DNA of 49,264 bases, from positions 1-49,264 of IMG/VR virus record IMGVR_UViG_3300010398_000004; one strand, 5' to 3'. Position 1 is the stretch's first letter, and every line of letters starts with the position of its first letter. The notes beneath the pieces are model-generated. The model made no database searches, had not been told where the DNA came from, and saw only the letters and a program-made list of their open reading frames with translations. Shown here piece by piece: positions 8,728 through 17,703 of this stretch. The translations under genes and the position numbers were made by a program. This DNA comes from a virus (Duplodnaviria > Caudoviricetes).

Positions 8728-8859
8728 ATGAGCTTTAAAAAGGACCGTGAACCGCACAAGCCGAAAGAGCCGCCGGAGCCCGAACCGGTGAGTCAACCCG
8801 CCCCCGCTCAACCGGCGTCGCCGCCGGAACCGCCCAAGCCGGAACAGCCTGCCGCATGA
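8728..8859 (+). CDS. Small Pro/Glu-rich protein (43 aa)
   Basis: MSFKKDREPHKPKEPPEPEP...; AAAGGA upstream; ATGA overlap with next gene. Confidence 0.5.
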   Translation: MSFKKDREPHKPKEPPEPEPVSQPAPAQPASPPEPPKPEQPAA

Positions 8860-9137
8860 CGGAAGAGTACGACAGCCACGAACTCGATGCGCTCGATGAC
8901 CTCATGCGTTCCGAAGGATACAGGCTCGTCGCGAAGCGCATTGCAGCCGTGCTGGAGCTTGAAACAGGCACCATCACCATTACCGGCAGGCTGGAGGGGA
9001 TCAAGGAGTTCTCGGAGATGCGCGAGCGGCAGGGCTTCATCCGTGGCCTGCGCTGCGTTCTTCAGATCCCCGGCATCCTGCGCGAAGAAATCAAACATCA
9101 CCTGAGATTGGAGGCACAGAATGCCCTGGACCGATAA
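8856..9137 (+). CDS. Small conserved portal-downstream protein
   Basis: L..L..SEGY...R..QG.I.GL...L..P pattern typical of the gene after podovirus portals. Confidence 0.75.
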   Translation: MTEEYDSHELDALDDLMRSEGYRLVAKRIAAVLELETGTITITGRLEGIKEFSEMRERQGFIRGLRCVLQIPGILREEIKHHLRLEAQNALDR

Positions 9138-9297
9138 GGACGCAACGGCCAAGACGAAAAAGGCCAAAACGCCTGCGCAGCAGGATCAATGGGCGGCTAT
9201 CGCCAACAAACTGCTCGCATCGGGTGCAAGCGAAGGGAAAGCCATCAAAATCGCCAGCGGCGTCATCCGGCGGGAAGCCGCAGGCAAGAAAAAATAA
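9121..9297 (+). CDS. ChaB/YdaT-like small protein (58 aa, below ORF-track cutoff)
   Basis: MPWTDKDA...WAAIANKLLASGASEGKAIKIASG; GGAGG RBS. Confidence 0.7.
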   Translation: MPWTDKDATAKTKKAKTPAQQDQWAAIANKLLASGASEGKAIKIASGVIRREAAGKKK

Positions 9298-9331
9298 AAA
9301 AGAGGGTGGCTCATGGGGCGAGCCACCCTCT
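9289..9331 (-). terminator. Rho-independent terminator of the antisense peptide operon (possibly bidirectional)
   Basis: AGAGGGTGGCTC/GAGCCACCCTCT 12-bp stem preceded by an A-run on + strand. Confidence 0.85.
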
Positions 9332-9355
9332 GGCCGGAGGGGAGTCAGCCCCCGG

Positions 9356-9439
9356 CTAATAGCCCCAGATGATCACATCGCCTCCGGTGAAACATCCGGC
9401 AAGCCATACGAATATATCGGTCCAGGGGGGTCCGTACAT
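9356..9439 (-). CDS. 27-aa hydrophobic Trp-containing peptide MYGPPWTDIFVWLAGCFTGGDVIIWGY
   Basis: Strong RBS AAAGGAGG; directly upstream of the terminator. Confidence 0.6.
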   Translation of the reverse strand: MYGPPWTDIFVWLAGCFTGGDVIIWGY

Positions 9440-9455
9440 TTTTACGCCTCCTTTC

Positions 9456-9656
9456 TTAAAGATACAGGTACTTTTGGATGCGGGCATCCAATTGGTATTT
9501 CGGCCTGGGCTCCTCGCCCACGAACATCGAGTATTCGCGCAGCACGTCAGCCGCGACTTTGGCCTCTATCCGGTGCGCCGCGAACATCGAATTCAGCACC
9601 CGGACGAGCGAATCCACGCTTGCGGAGCGGAACGCCTCCGTCTTGGTTTCAGTCAT
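9456..9656 (-). CDS. 66-aa hypothetical protein (MTETKTEAF...)
   Basis: ATGA overlap with upstream peptide; C-terminal part of ORF 9456..9734. Confidence 0.6.
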   Translation of the reverse strand: MTETKTEAFRSASVDSLVRVLNSMFAAHRIEAKVAADVLREYSMFVGEEPRPKYQLDARIQKYLYL

Positions 9657-9721
9657 AGGAGCCACCACCCGATGAGCCCCCAGAACTGTATGCAGCCGCT
9701 CGGATCGCAGTATCCGCTCAT
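9653..9721 (-). CDS. 22-aa Trp-rich peptide MSGYCDPSGCIQFWGLIGWWLL
   Basis: ATGA coupling at both ends; C-terminus resembles the upstream peptide. Confidence 0.5.
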   Translation of the reverse strand: MSGYCDPSGCIQFWGLIGWWLL

Positions 9722-9825
9722 ATCCACCAGCCAAGAATGAGTGTCCAGATGTGCCAGGGATCAGGATCTTCGCTGGCTAGAGCCTCGATTTGGTCGGACG
9801 GTGTTTTTCCGTATGGACCGTTCAT
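9718..9825 (-). CDS. 35-aa Trp-rich peptide MNGPYGKTPSDQIEALASEDPDPWHIWTLILGWWI
   Basis: Perfect RBS TAAGGAGG before ATG. Confidence 0.6.
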   Translation of the reverse strand: MNGPYGKTPSDQIEALASEDPDPWHIWTLILGWWI

Positions 9826-9888
9826 TTTGCGCCTCCTTACCCGTTCGAGCACGGGCGAGACAAGTATATCTCACGGAGATTGAGACAA

Positions 9889-10281
9889 ATGGCCGGAATC
9901 GTGATTCTCGAATCCTGTCCGTATTGCCAGAAACACCGCCCGCCGCTCGAAATCCGCCGTTTCGCGGGCAACGTCCGGATGTGCGTCTCCTGCTACCGGC
10001 AGCACGAAGCGGCGCTCTGGGTGCTTTCGGGGCTGAAACAGCACGCGGACGGAACGTTTTCGACCATCGCGCCCCCTCCCCCGGAGTGCTCCGAATGCGG
10101 ATTGTCGATAGCCGAATTAAGCCTTAGAGACACATCTGGCGATAAGGGCCTGAGCATGACAGTGCTGTTTGAGTCCGGACGCTACCGTTTTCTGTGCCGC
10201 GACTGCGCCGCCGAATACGTGCCGAAGCGGAAGGAACTCTTTAAAGGCACCGAGTATGCCCGCTTGAAAGGCCTGGAGTGA
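9889..10281 (+). CDS. Zinc-finger protein (four CxxC)
   Basis: CPYC, CVSC, CSEC, CRDC; GGAG upstream; GTGA overlap with scaffold. Confidence 0.7.
   Translation: MAGIVILESCPYCQKHRPPLEIRRFAGNVRMCVSCYRQHEAALWVLSGLKQHADGTFSTIAPPPPECSECGLSIAELSLRDTSGDKGLSMTVLFESGRYRFLCRDCAAEYVPKRKELFKGTEYARLKGLE
10118..10145 (+). promoter_or_regulatory. sigma28-type late promoter 3 (scaffold/capsid operon), inside the Zn-finger gene
   Basis: GAATTAAGCCT...TGGCGATAAGG, N16 spacing. Confidence 0.78.
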
Positions 10282-11135
10282 GCCCCGAACCTGCCCTCAG
10301 TCCCGATGCGTCCCCCGACCAGGGAAAGCCGAAAGAGCCCGAAACCGTAACTCTGTCCAAATCCCAGTACGAGGCCATGCAGCGGGAAAACCAGGAACTG
10401 CGGCAGTCGGAACGCGCATGGTCGGAGATGGCGCGGCGCGGTGCGCCTGCTCCTGCCGAACCTGCCCCCGAACCGGAGCCCGAAGTCTCTTATCAGTTCG
10501 AGCCCCCCCAGCCGGATGCGCCCAATTTCGACAGCGAGAAGCCCGAAGTCTTCATTGACGACCTGAGTTCGACGGGCGTCAAGGCTCTGGTCAAGCGCGG
10601 TGTGCTGACGGAAAAAGCCGCCACGGAGATATTCGACAAGCGCTATGTGCCTGCTATGGTCAAGCTGGCCGAACAGGTGGTGCAGAAGCATGTCAGCCGC
10701 CTTACCTCCGATGCCAAGCTGTTCAACGACTTCCCTGAGTTGAAAGAGAAGGACAGCGAATTCGTCAGGGAAACCGCCAAGCACTATAACGAGTTGACGG
10801 CGCTCGATCCCGTCTACGGCAAAAAGACCAACATCGCCATCCATGCCGCAGCCCAGATAGCCAGGGCCACGCTGGCCGCAGAGACAGCGGCGCGGAAGCG
10901 CAAACCTCAGGATGAAGATATGTACGAGGACGAATCCAGCCGCAAGCTTCGCGCGGCCTCCCAGGACGGCATCACCAAACGCGGCAGCGTGGGAGACGAG
11001 GAAGACTCCACGGTTGGTCCCGAAGCCCGCCAACTCCTGCGGCAGATGAATGCCGCAGGAGGAGGAGGCCCCAAGGTGAGCGAGCAGGCCTTCCTGGAGG
11101 CCAAGAAACGCATGGGGATCAGGAGCAGACGCTAA
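10278..11135 (+). CDS. Capsid scaffolding protein (putative)
   Basis: Acidic, helical, Pro-rich N-terminus, basic C-terminal end; position between portal and MCP. Confidence 0.7.
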   Translation: MSPEPALSPDASPDQGKPKEPETVTLSKSQYEAMQRENQELRQSERAWSEMARRGAPAPAEPAPEPEPEVSYQFEPPQPDAPNFDSEKPEVFIDDLSSTGVKALVKRGVLTEKAATEIFDKRYVPAMVKLAEQVVQKHVSRLTSDAKLFNDFPELKEKDSEFVRETAKHYNELTALDPVYGKKTNIAIHAAAQIARATLAAETAARKRKPQDEDMYEDESSRKLRAASQDGITKRGSVGDEEDSTVGPEARQLLRQMNAAGGGGPKVSEQAFLEAKKRMGIRSRR

Positions 11136-11759
11136 ATGCCATATACCCATGAAATGCGGGCCAAGAAGGCCGAAGAGACGCGGCTGCGCCAGGAAGCCGC
11201 CGGAATCCCCGACAGCAAGGTGTTCGGGGGCGATCCCGAAGCGGAGCGCAATCGCATACTCGATTGCCACGTGGGCGGCGTCCTGGTGAGGGAGCTTGCG
11301 CAGGAGGCGCAGGACAAACTCTTGTATCAGCAGACCGATGAGGGAATCGCGGAATTCAACCAGGGCAAGTCGGAACACCGCATCTCGACGGTGCGCGACG
11401 AGTTCGGCAAGGGCCTGGACCGGCGCAAGGATCAGATCATCGCGGGGGCGGCACCCTGGGAAGCCGAGAACCCCATGCAGAGCCTGATCGATAAGTGGAT
11501 CGAACCGGGCATGCGGGCGCGGTTTCTTTCGCCCAACCGCGTCAACCGCGAAGGCGACCGGGGATATCAGATCGTTATCGATCCCGACAAGGGCACGCCC
11601 GTGAGAATGCAGAACATGCTGCTGGGCCAGATTCCTGAGGAAAAAGCGCAGGCCCGCAGCAAGCACTACCGCGATAAAAGTAACGCCGCTCTCAATCAGA
11701 TTACCGAGTCCTATGTGAGGGAAGGCGGCAGAGTTTCGATTACGGATCAGAAGTTTTAG
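11136..11759 (+). CDS. Head morphogenesis-region protein
   Basis: 207 aa; PGM..RF...GY.......M.L..IPEE....R..Y pattern commonly seen upstream of this MCP type. Confidence 0.7.
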   Translation: MPYTHEMRAKKAEETRLRQEAAGIPDSKVFGGDPEAERNRILDCHVGGVLVRELAQEAQDKLLYQQTDEGIAEFNQGKSEHRISTVRDEFGKGLDRRKDQIIAGAAPWEAENPMQSLIDKWIEPGMRARFLSPNRVNREGDRGYQIVIDPDKGTPVRMQNMLLGQIPEEKAQARSKHYRDKSNAALNQITESYVREGGRVSITDQKF

Positions 11760-11900
11760 GTTGTCGTTTAGCGAAGCCAGCAGCCCGGTTAATGTGAATC
11801 ATCGCGATTCCCGGCGGGCGGCTCGCCGGTCTACCTCGCCCGGTAACGTCTTCGATTCGAATGAGGCAAGGCAAAAAATCTCATACGGAGTGAAGACAGA

Positions 11901-12428
11901 ATGACCAATGCTCCCCACGGCTTTCGGCCTCTCATGAGGTCGATTACGGGTGGACCGGGTGCGGCGGCGTTCGGTGCCCACAAGCTGGTGGGCTACGGAA
12001 CGGCACTGTTTATAGGTGACGCAGTAACTCGCGTGGCGAGCGGCACCAAGAAAACCCCGGCCATCTCAGCGGCAATCACCCCCGGCACGACTCCCATGTT
12101 CGGGGTTAACTTGGTCTGGGGCGCGGCCAGCACCGCGACAGACCACTTAGTAATTCCCGGTAACTTCCAGGTTTTCGAGACTCAATCGAACGGGACTCCA
12201 GTCGCGGCTGACCTGAACAAAAACGCCAACATCGCTCTGGGCGCTGGCTCGGCTACGCTCAAGATTTCCGGACACGTGGAAGACCATGCTTCGGTGCAGA
12301 CCACCAACACGCTCGATCTGCATATCGTCGGAATTTGGAACGCTCCGGATAACGACTTCGGCCAGTACGCGAAGCTGGAAGTCATCTTCAATCGCAATCA
12401 GCTTACCGATCAGGTAGCGGGAATCTAA
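11901..12428 (+). CDS. Capsid decoration/auxiliary head protein
   Basis: NAP.GFRP..., LFIGD.V; GGAG RBS; immediately upstream of MCP. Confidence 0.75.
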   Translation: MTNAPHGFRPLMRSITGGPGAAAFGAHKLVGYGTALFIGDAVTRVASGTKKTPAISAAITPGTTPMFGVNLVWGAASTATDHLVIPGNFQVFETQSNGTPVAADLNKNANIALGAGSATLKISGHVEDHASVQTTNTLDLHIVGIWNAPDNDFGQYAKLEVIFNRNQLTDQVAGI

Positions 12429-12439
12429 GGAGCAATTCG

Positions 12440-13363
12440 ATGCAAGTTAGAGGTCAATTCTCGGATTTCTTCTTCGAAACGGCGCTACCGGCGCTCAACG
12501 CCAAAATATGGCTGAACTTCGACAATGCTCCCAGGATGTACAACAAGGTGCTGGGCACGGAAACCACGGGCCGTTCCATCGAGCAGTACAGCCAGATGGC
12601 CGGTACCGGGCTTCCCGCGCTGATTCCGGAAACGGGCGATACCCCAGTCGATAACTTCGTGCAAGGATTTAACAAAACGTTCAGGCCTGCTAAGTACGGC
12701 CTGGGCATCGCTTGCAGCCAGGAGTTAGTCGAGGATGACCAGTTCGGTATCATCTCGCGGCGCTCGGTCGCTTTATCGAACTCCATCATTCAGTCCATCG
12801 AGATTCAAGCGGCCAGCGTCCTGAATAACGGGTTCACCACCACCGGCCCCGATGGAAAAGCATTATTCGCTGTCGATCATCCTCTAGTCAAATCCGGCGG
12901 CACGCAGAGTAATGTTCTCGCGGCAGCGGCGGATCTCGATGTTACTTCGCTGGAGCTGGCATTGACGGACTGGGAAACCACCAAGACGGCGGAAGGCTTT
13001 TTGCAGATGCTGTCTACTCCTCGCCTTTTGGTGGCACCGGCCAACCGATGGAACGCTTACGAAATCCTGCGCTCCACCATGCGCTCCGACACCGCCAACC
13101 ACACCGCCAACGCGTTTTCCGGCGGAGGCGAGCACGGAAACGCAGTTGCGGATATTCTTATCTGGAAATTCCTTACCGATCCGGACGCTTGGTTTCTGGT
13201 GGCTCCCCCGGATGAAACCTGCCTGTTATGGTTGTGGCGGAAACAGCCTTACACCAAAGACGACTATATCGAAAAGAACGAGACGGGCTATGTATTCATG
13301 AGATACAGAGCGGATTTCGGGTTCTATGACTGGCGCGGCACTTACGGCACGCCGGGAGCCTGA
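12440..13363 (+). CDS. Major capsid protein (HK97 fold)
   Basis: TAAGGAG RBS; E..EDD, GPDGKALF..DHP, LTDPDAWF, R..FGF.DWRG.YG..GA; followed by terminator. Confidence 0.9.
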   Translation: MQVRGQFSDFFFETALPALNAKIWLNFDNAPRMYNKVLGTETTGRSIEQYSQMAGTGLPALIPETGDTPVDNFVQGFNKTFRPAKYGLGIACSQELVEDDQFGIISRRSVALSNSIIQSIEIQAASVLNNGFTTTGPDGKALFAVDHPLVKSGGTQSNVLAAAADLDVTSLELALTDWETTKTAEGFLQMLSTPRLLVAPANRWNAYEILRSTMRSDTANHTANAFSGGGEHGNAVADILIWKFLTDPDAWFLVAPPDETCLLWLWRKQPYTKDDYIEKNETGYVFMRYRADFGFYDWRGTYGTPGA

Positions 13364-13390
13364 CGGGTCAACTCAAACGCAAGGGTGCAT

Positions 13391-13423
13391 GGGGAGAGTT
13401 AGTTCCGGCTCTCCCCGATTTTT
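13391..13423 (+). terminator. Terminator after MCP
   Basis: GGGGAGAG...CTCTCCCC-GATTTTT. Confidence 0.7.
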
Positions 13424-13445
13424 AGAATAGATGGGAGAGAATTAG

Positions 13446-14087
13446 ATGGCACTTAATTTTCCCGCCGATCCTGCGGGCGCACGAGGCCTTCCTTCTTATT
13501 TCACTAAGCTGGGTTCTCTGTTCCTGCGCTACCGCTACCGCCCCGCAGTGGGCGACAGCAATGCTGCGAATAAGGTGCTGCTGGTGCTGCAAGGCGCACC
13601 GGGCCAGACGGCGAATCTTCTGGAAGCCTACGATTCCGCCAAGAACGGCCTGTTCGCCATCGGCCCAAGCGGAGCATTGACCGATACCGGCGGGACCAAC
13701 AGAATCGTCTTGAACGGCACGCCCAAAACCATCACGGATGCTTCCGCGACTTCGCTGTTCGACGTGGCGTGCGCTTCGGGCGCGGTCTGCGGCGGCGCTC
13801 TCTTCTATACCATCACGGCCAGCGACGGCACCGACTGGCAGTCGATGAGCGGCTTAGTTACCTATAGCGCCGTGAATAAGGCCGCAACGTTGACTCTGGC
13901 GATTACCAACGTCGCCGCTAATGACGCCAAGGCTGTCAGCGCCGGTACCATCACGCTCGCCTGGACATTCGTCGCGGGCACCAATAAGGGCACGGTCAAA
14001 TTGCAGCCGACCGGCTCCCTGACCGAAACCCTCTACACGGTCACTTACTCGGTCTTCCCGATCATCGGAGCGGTGACTATCGTATGA
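13446..14087 (+). CDS. Virion structural protein (head fibre/decoration-like)
   Basis: Thr/Gly/Ala-rich beta protein after MCP. Confidence 0.65.
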   Translation: MALNFPADPAGARGLPSYFTKLGSLFLRYRYRPAVGDSNAANKVLLVLQGAPGQTANLLEAYDSAKNGLFAIGPSGALTDTGGTNRIVLNGTPKTITDASATSLFDVACASGAVCGGALFYTITASDGTDWQSMSGLVTYSAVNKAATLTLAITNVAANDAKAVSAGTITLAWTFVAGTNKGTVKLQPTGSLTETLYTVTYSVFPIIGAVTIV

Positions 14088-14575
14088 CCCCTTCGGCAAC
14101 GCTTCACTTCACGCTCGACAACAATGTCACCAAAGCGGCCAGCTACGCCCCGGCTGCGGTCGATTTCAAGCTGCACCGTTTTTCTCAGTTGACGATTACG
14201 CTCAATATCGTGGCCGCAGAACGCGACAGCGCCAACGAAACATACGACTTTTACATCATCAACGGAGACGGCTTCAGCGAATGGGATATCGTGCATTTTC
14301 CGCAGGTCATCACTACCGGTGCGAAGTCCTTCACCGCGAAGGTAATTGCCAATAGCCTGCCGCAAAACGTGACTTCCGCCGCGCCCGGTGTCGCGGCCAA
14401 CGATCCGTCCATCATTCAGACTAATTCGGGCGCTCTCAATGCTCCCAAGTCTCTGACGGCGGGCTCGGTCAGGCATGGGCCTTTTGGCGGCACTTTGCGC
14501 TACGAACTGGTGGCGGCAGGCACCATCGCAACCGGCATTCAATACTCTATCGTGGTCACGGCGACATCGTCTTAA
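14084..14575 (+). CDS. Virion structural protein (beta-sandwich)
   Basis: ATGA coupling; beta-rich composition. Confidence 0.65.
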   Translation: MTPSATLHFTLDNNVTKAASYAPAAVDFKLHRFSQLTITLNIVAAERDSANETYDFYIINGDGFSEWDIVHFPQVITTGAKSFTAKVIANSLPQNVTSAAPGVAANDPSIIQTNSGALNAPKSLTAGSVRHGPFGGTLRYELVAAGTIATGIQYSIVVTATSS

Positions 14576-14579
14576 ATCG

Positions 14580-14747
14580 ATGCCCAGCATCTTCACACCG
14601 CCACCGCAGCCCACCACCCCGCCAGCCGGTCCCGGCAAGCCTAATCTATTCGCCGGAACCGGTCAGGGCGAGCTTACATGGGACCAGATACAGGGCAACT
14701 GGGACGATATCCAGGGGAATTGGGACCAGACAGGTAGACTGCCATGA
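14580..14747 (+). CDS. 55-aa protein with WDxIQGN repeats
   Basis: TWDQIQGNWDDIQGNWDQ; ATGA overlap with fibre gene. Confidence 0.55.
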   Translation: MPSIFTPPPQPTTPPAGPGKPNLFAGTGQGELTWDQIQGNWDDIQGNWDQTGRLP

Positions 14748-17035
14748 TGACCAGATTACTCGTCGCATTTATCGCAGTTACGATGCCCTGCGCGGCTCAG
14801 ATCCAGATCATCGAAAACGAGCCCATGCCCTCTGCCAGGACCAAAATCAACAGTAATTTCGCTTATCTGGATCAGACCAAAGTCTCGATTAACGGAAGCT
14901 ATGCCGCGCCTGCGTGGATCACGTCCTTCCCGTTTTCCAAAATCACGGGCGTGCCCAACTTCATTATCGATCCCACCAACGGCAAGGGCCAGTTGCTGGT
15001 GCGTGATGCCAGCATGCTCCAGCGCCTGCCTATCGGCACCGATGGACAGGTGCTGACGCTCGACAGCACGCTGACGCTGGGCGTCAAATGGGCGACTCCC
15101 GTCAGCGGGGGCGGGGGTGGCGGAATTACTTCACTGAACGGGTTGAACGGCGCGGCGCAGACCTTCGTCCCCGCCAACGACGCCAACGTCACCTTGAACA
15201 TCACCTCATCCGGCGTCACGCATACCTTTGCGATGGGCTGGACAGGCACGCTGACCAAAGCCCGCCAGTACGCCAATACGGTCTATAGCGATGGTTCTTA
15301 CCCCGATCCGGCATGGATCACTTCATACGGGTTCTCGAAACTGACGGGCGTGCCCATCACCACCAAGGGAGACGTAATGGTCTTCGGGACTGCCCCCGAC
15401 CGCTTGCCGCTCGGCGGAAACGGTCAGGTTCTGACCGTCGATACAACCACGGCTTTGGGCTTGAAGTGGGCCACCCCGGCCACCGGGGGAGGGGGCGGCA
15501 CCAGTGCCGTGCTGACGCCCGTCACCTTCAGCGCTACTCCCACCTTCACCGTGAGCACCAGTACTATCCAGGTGTTCAACATGGGGGCATTGACCGGCAA
15601 TGTCACATCCTCGACGCTGACCGCCGCTGCCGCTACCGCAGGCCAGACCATCGAGTGGATTCTCTTGCAGGACAGCACGGGCGGGCGCACCTTCGTCTGG
15701 CCTACCAACGTGCAAGGTGCGTGTGCTCCCGATCCGGCACCTAGCGCCCAGACTATCGTCACCGGCACGTGGGACGGCACCAACGTGCAGGTTACCGGCT
15801 GTGTGACTAACTCGGCACTCCTGAAATTTTTCGGCCCCGAAGGCACGGCTCCTCCTACTCCGGCAACCGGAACCGCCACATGCTGGGCCGACAGCACGGA
15901 TCACACCGGCCTTGAATGCATGGCGAACAATTCCGCGACCAAGTACAAGATGGTCGCCCTGCCGCTCGCGACCACGCAGGGCGGCACTGGTCTGACCACC
16001 TTCACACGCTCCGGCAACACTACGGCCTTCGGCACGGTTTCAGGCACGCTGACTTCCGGTAACTGCCTGAGGTCCGATGCTTCGGGCAATATCGTGGATT
16101 CGGGAGGCCTCTGCGGAGGTGGTGGCGGCACCGGAGGCGGGCCGTTTCCTCAGACGGTGTCGGGCACGGTGACTTCGGGCGGCATTCCTTACTTCGCCAG
16201 CACTACTTCAATGGCGACCACGGCGGTAATGGGCGCGAATGCCGCCATGTTCGGGGGCGGTGCTGGCGTGGCTCCCTCCACCCGATCCGCGATTACGTCA
16301 GCGGCCAACGGCCAGCTTACTGTAGGGGACAGCAGTGCGGTAGACGGCGTAATCAACCTCGACGGAATCACCGGTTCGTTTACTTCCAGCCTGAACTTCA
16401 AGATTGCCGGATCTACCAAATACGCATGGTATCTGTCGAATAATAACAGCGCTTTCTACGGGGTGGGAGCTACCGGCGGCAGTTACATGATCGTGGACTA
16501 CAACAACTTTTTCGGCATCGGGCAATCCGCGCCTTATCCGGTGACCACGCTCGGCATACAGGACATGACGCCCACTACCGGCGTCACCAGGGTAATCATT
16601 GAGTCCGGACAGGGCCAGAGCACAACCAACCTGACGGAGTGGCGCGGTTACAACGCCACGCACGGCAGCGGCACGGTGGTGGCATCGGTTTCACCCAGCG
16701 GTGTAATATCCGGAGCCGCCGGAGGAACCGCCGGAACTGCGGTTATCACCATCGCCAGCGGCACGGCGACGTTAACCTCCCCCGGTCCTTTAGCAACGCA
16801 GGCATGTAGTGCGGCATTCACTGTTACGGCTACAGGCGTACTGACGACCGATGCCATTGTCTGGACTCCGAATGGGGATATCTCGGGTACTGGCGGATAT
16901 GCCCCGCTGACTACCGGAGGAGCATCCATCTATCCATACCCGACAGCGAACGCAGTAAATTTCAAGGTGTGCAATCCGACAGCCTCCACCCTCAGTCCCA
17001 GCACCATCACCCTCAACTGGAGAGTTGCCCGGTGA
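14744..17035 (+). CDS. Tail/head fibre protein with N-terminal signal peptide
   Basis: MMTRLLVAFIAVTMPCAA|Q; R.KIN.NF anchor-like motif; two KG....RLP.G..GQVL....G.KWATP repeats; LQDSTGGRT..WP domain; Gly linkers. Confidence 0.8.
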   Translation: MMTRLLVAFIAVTMPCAAQIQIIENEPMPSARTKINSNFAYLDQTKVSINGSYAAPAWITSFPFSKITGVPNFIIDPTNGKGQLLVRDASMLQRLPIGTDGQVLTLDSTLTLGVKWATPVSGGGGGGITSLNGLNGAAQTFVPANDANVTLNITSSGVTHTFAMGWTGTLTKARQYANTVYSDGSYPDPAWITSYGFSKLTGVPITTKGDVMVFGTAPDRLPLGGNGQVLTVDTTTALGLKWATPATGGGGGTSAVLTPVTFSATPTFTVSTSTIQVFNMGALTGNVTSSTLTAAAATAGQTIEWILLQDSTGGRTFVWPTNVQGACAPDPAPSAQTIVTGTWDGTNVQVTGCVTNSALLKFFGPEGTAPPTPATGTATCWADSTDHTGLECMANNSATKYKMVALPLATTQGGTGLTTFTRSGNTTAFGTVSGTLTSGNCLRSDASGNIVDSGGLCGGGGGTGGGPFPQTVSGTVTSGGIPYFASTTSMATTAVMGANAAMFGGGAGVAPSTRSAITSAANGQLTVGDSSAVDGVINLDGITGSFTSSLNFKIAGSTKYAWYLSNNNSAFYGVGATGGSYMIVDYNNFFGIGQSAPYPVTTLGIQDMTPTTGVTRVIIESGQGQSTTNLTEWRGYNATHGSGTVVASVSPSGVISGAAGGTAGTAVITIASGTATLTSPGPLATQACSAAFTVTATGVLTTDAIVWTPNGDISGTGGYAPLTTGGASIYPYPTANAVNFKVCNPTASTLSPSTITLNWRVAR

Positions 17036-17703
17036 AGCTGGTTGCCTGTCTGCTGACCGTGGCGCTGGCAGCGGCGCAGATGCATCCTTTCCCCGGCCCA
17101 GGAACTCATGGCGTTGGCGGGGGTGGCGGGGGCGGGCCGTTCACCGATGACTTTACGCGGTCTAACGGCGGGCTGGGAGGTAACTGGACAACCATTACCG
17201 GCCTCAACGCCATGCAGATCGATACTCTTGCGGCTTCCGGTACGGTGATTGGGGACAGTTCCGGGGCATATTGGAGCGCGAATGCTCTGGGCACCGATCA
17301 TTACGCGCAGGTCAGCATTGACCGATCCAGCGGTGCCGAAGGGCTAGGGCCATGCGTCCGGGTCGATACTTCCACGATGAGCGGCTACTGCTGGTATGCC
17401 AACGGCATGGGTGCCACCAGCCGTGATCTTTACCGCATCGTGAGCGGGACCTTCACCCTACTCTCCTCATCGACCAGCGGAGCCAATACCAACGGGGACG
17501 TGCTCAAGCTGGTAGTTAGCGGGACGGGTGCCACGGTCACTATTAGCTGTTACCGCAACGGGTCGCTCGACACCAGCATAGGTACTTCGGGAGTAGTCAG
17601 TGATACCGATGCAACACGCCTGACGGGCGGGACGCATGCCGGTATAGTGGCGGATGGAAATTCCAACGCGGTAGATAACTTCGTATGCAACTCAGGCTCG
17701 TAA
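17032..17703 (+). CDS. Secreted-type lectin/ConA-like beta-sandwich protein
   Basis: GTG start overlapping upstream TGA; MKLVACLLTVALAAA|Q; FTDDF.R..G.LG.NW...G..G......DNF pattern. Confidence 0.7.
   Translation: MKLVACLLTVALAAAQMHPFPGPGTHGVGGGGGGGPFTDDFTRSNGGLGGNWTTITGLNAMQIDTLAASGTVIGDSSGAYWSANALGTDHYAQVSIDRSSGAEGLGPCVRVDTSTMSGYCWYANGMGATSRDLYRIVSGTFTLLSSSTSGANTNGDVLKLVVSGTGATVTISCYRNGSLDTSIGTSGVVSDTDATRLTGGTHAGIVADGNSNAVDNFVCNSGS

Noticed and set aside
9129-9140. ACCGATAAGG resembling the late -10 element
   Set aside because: No TAAG at the right distance; lies in coding sequence (WTDK)
11760-11900. 140-nt leader before the capsid genes as a riboswitch or ribozyme
   Set aside because: Only weak hairpins and no recognisable consensus
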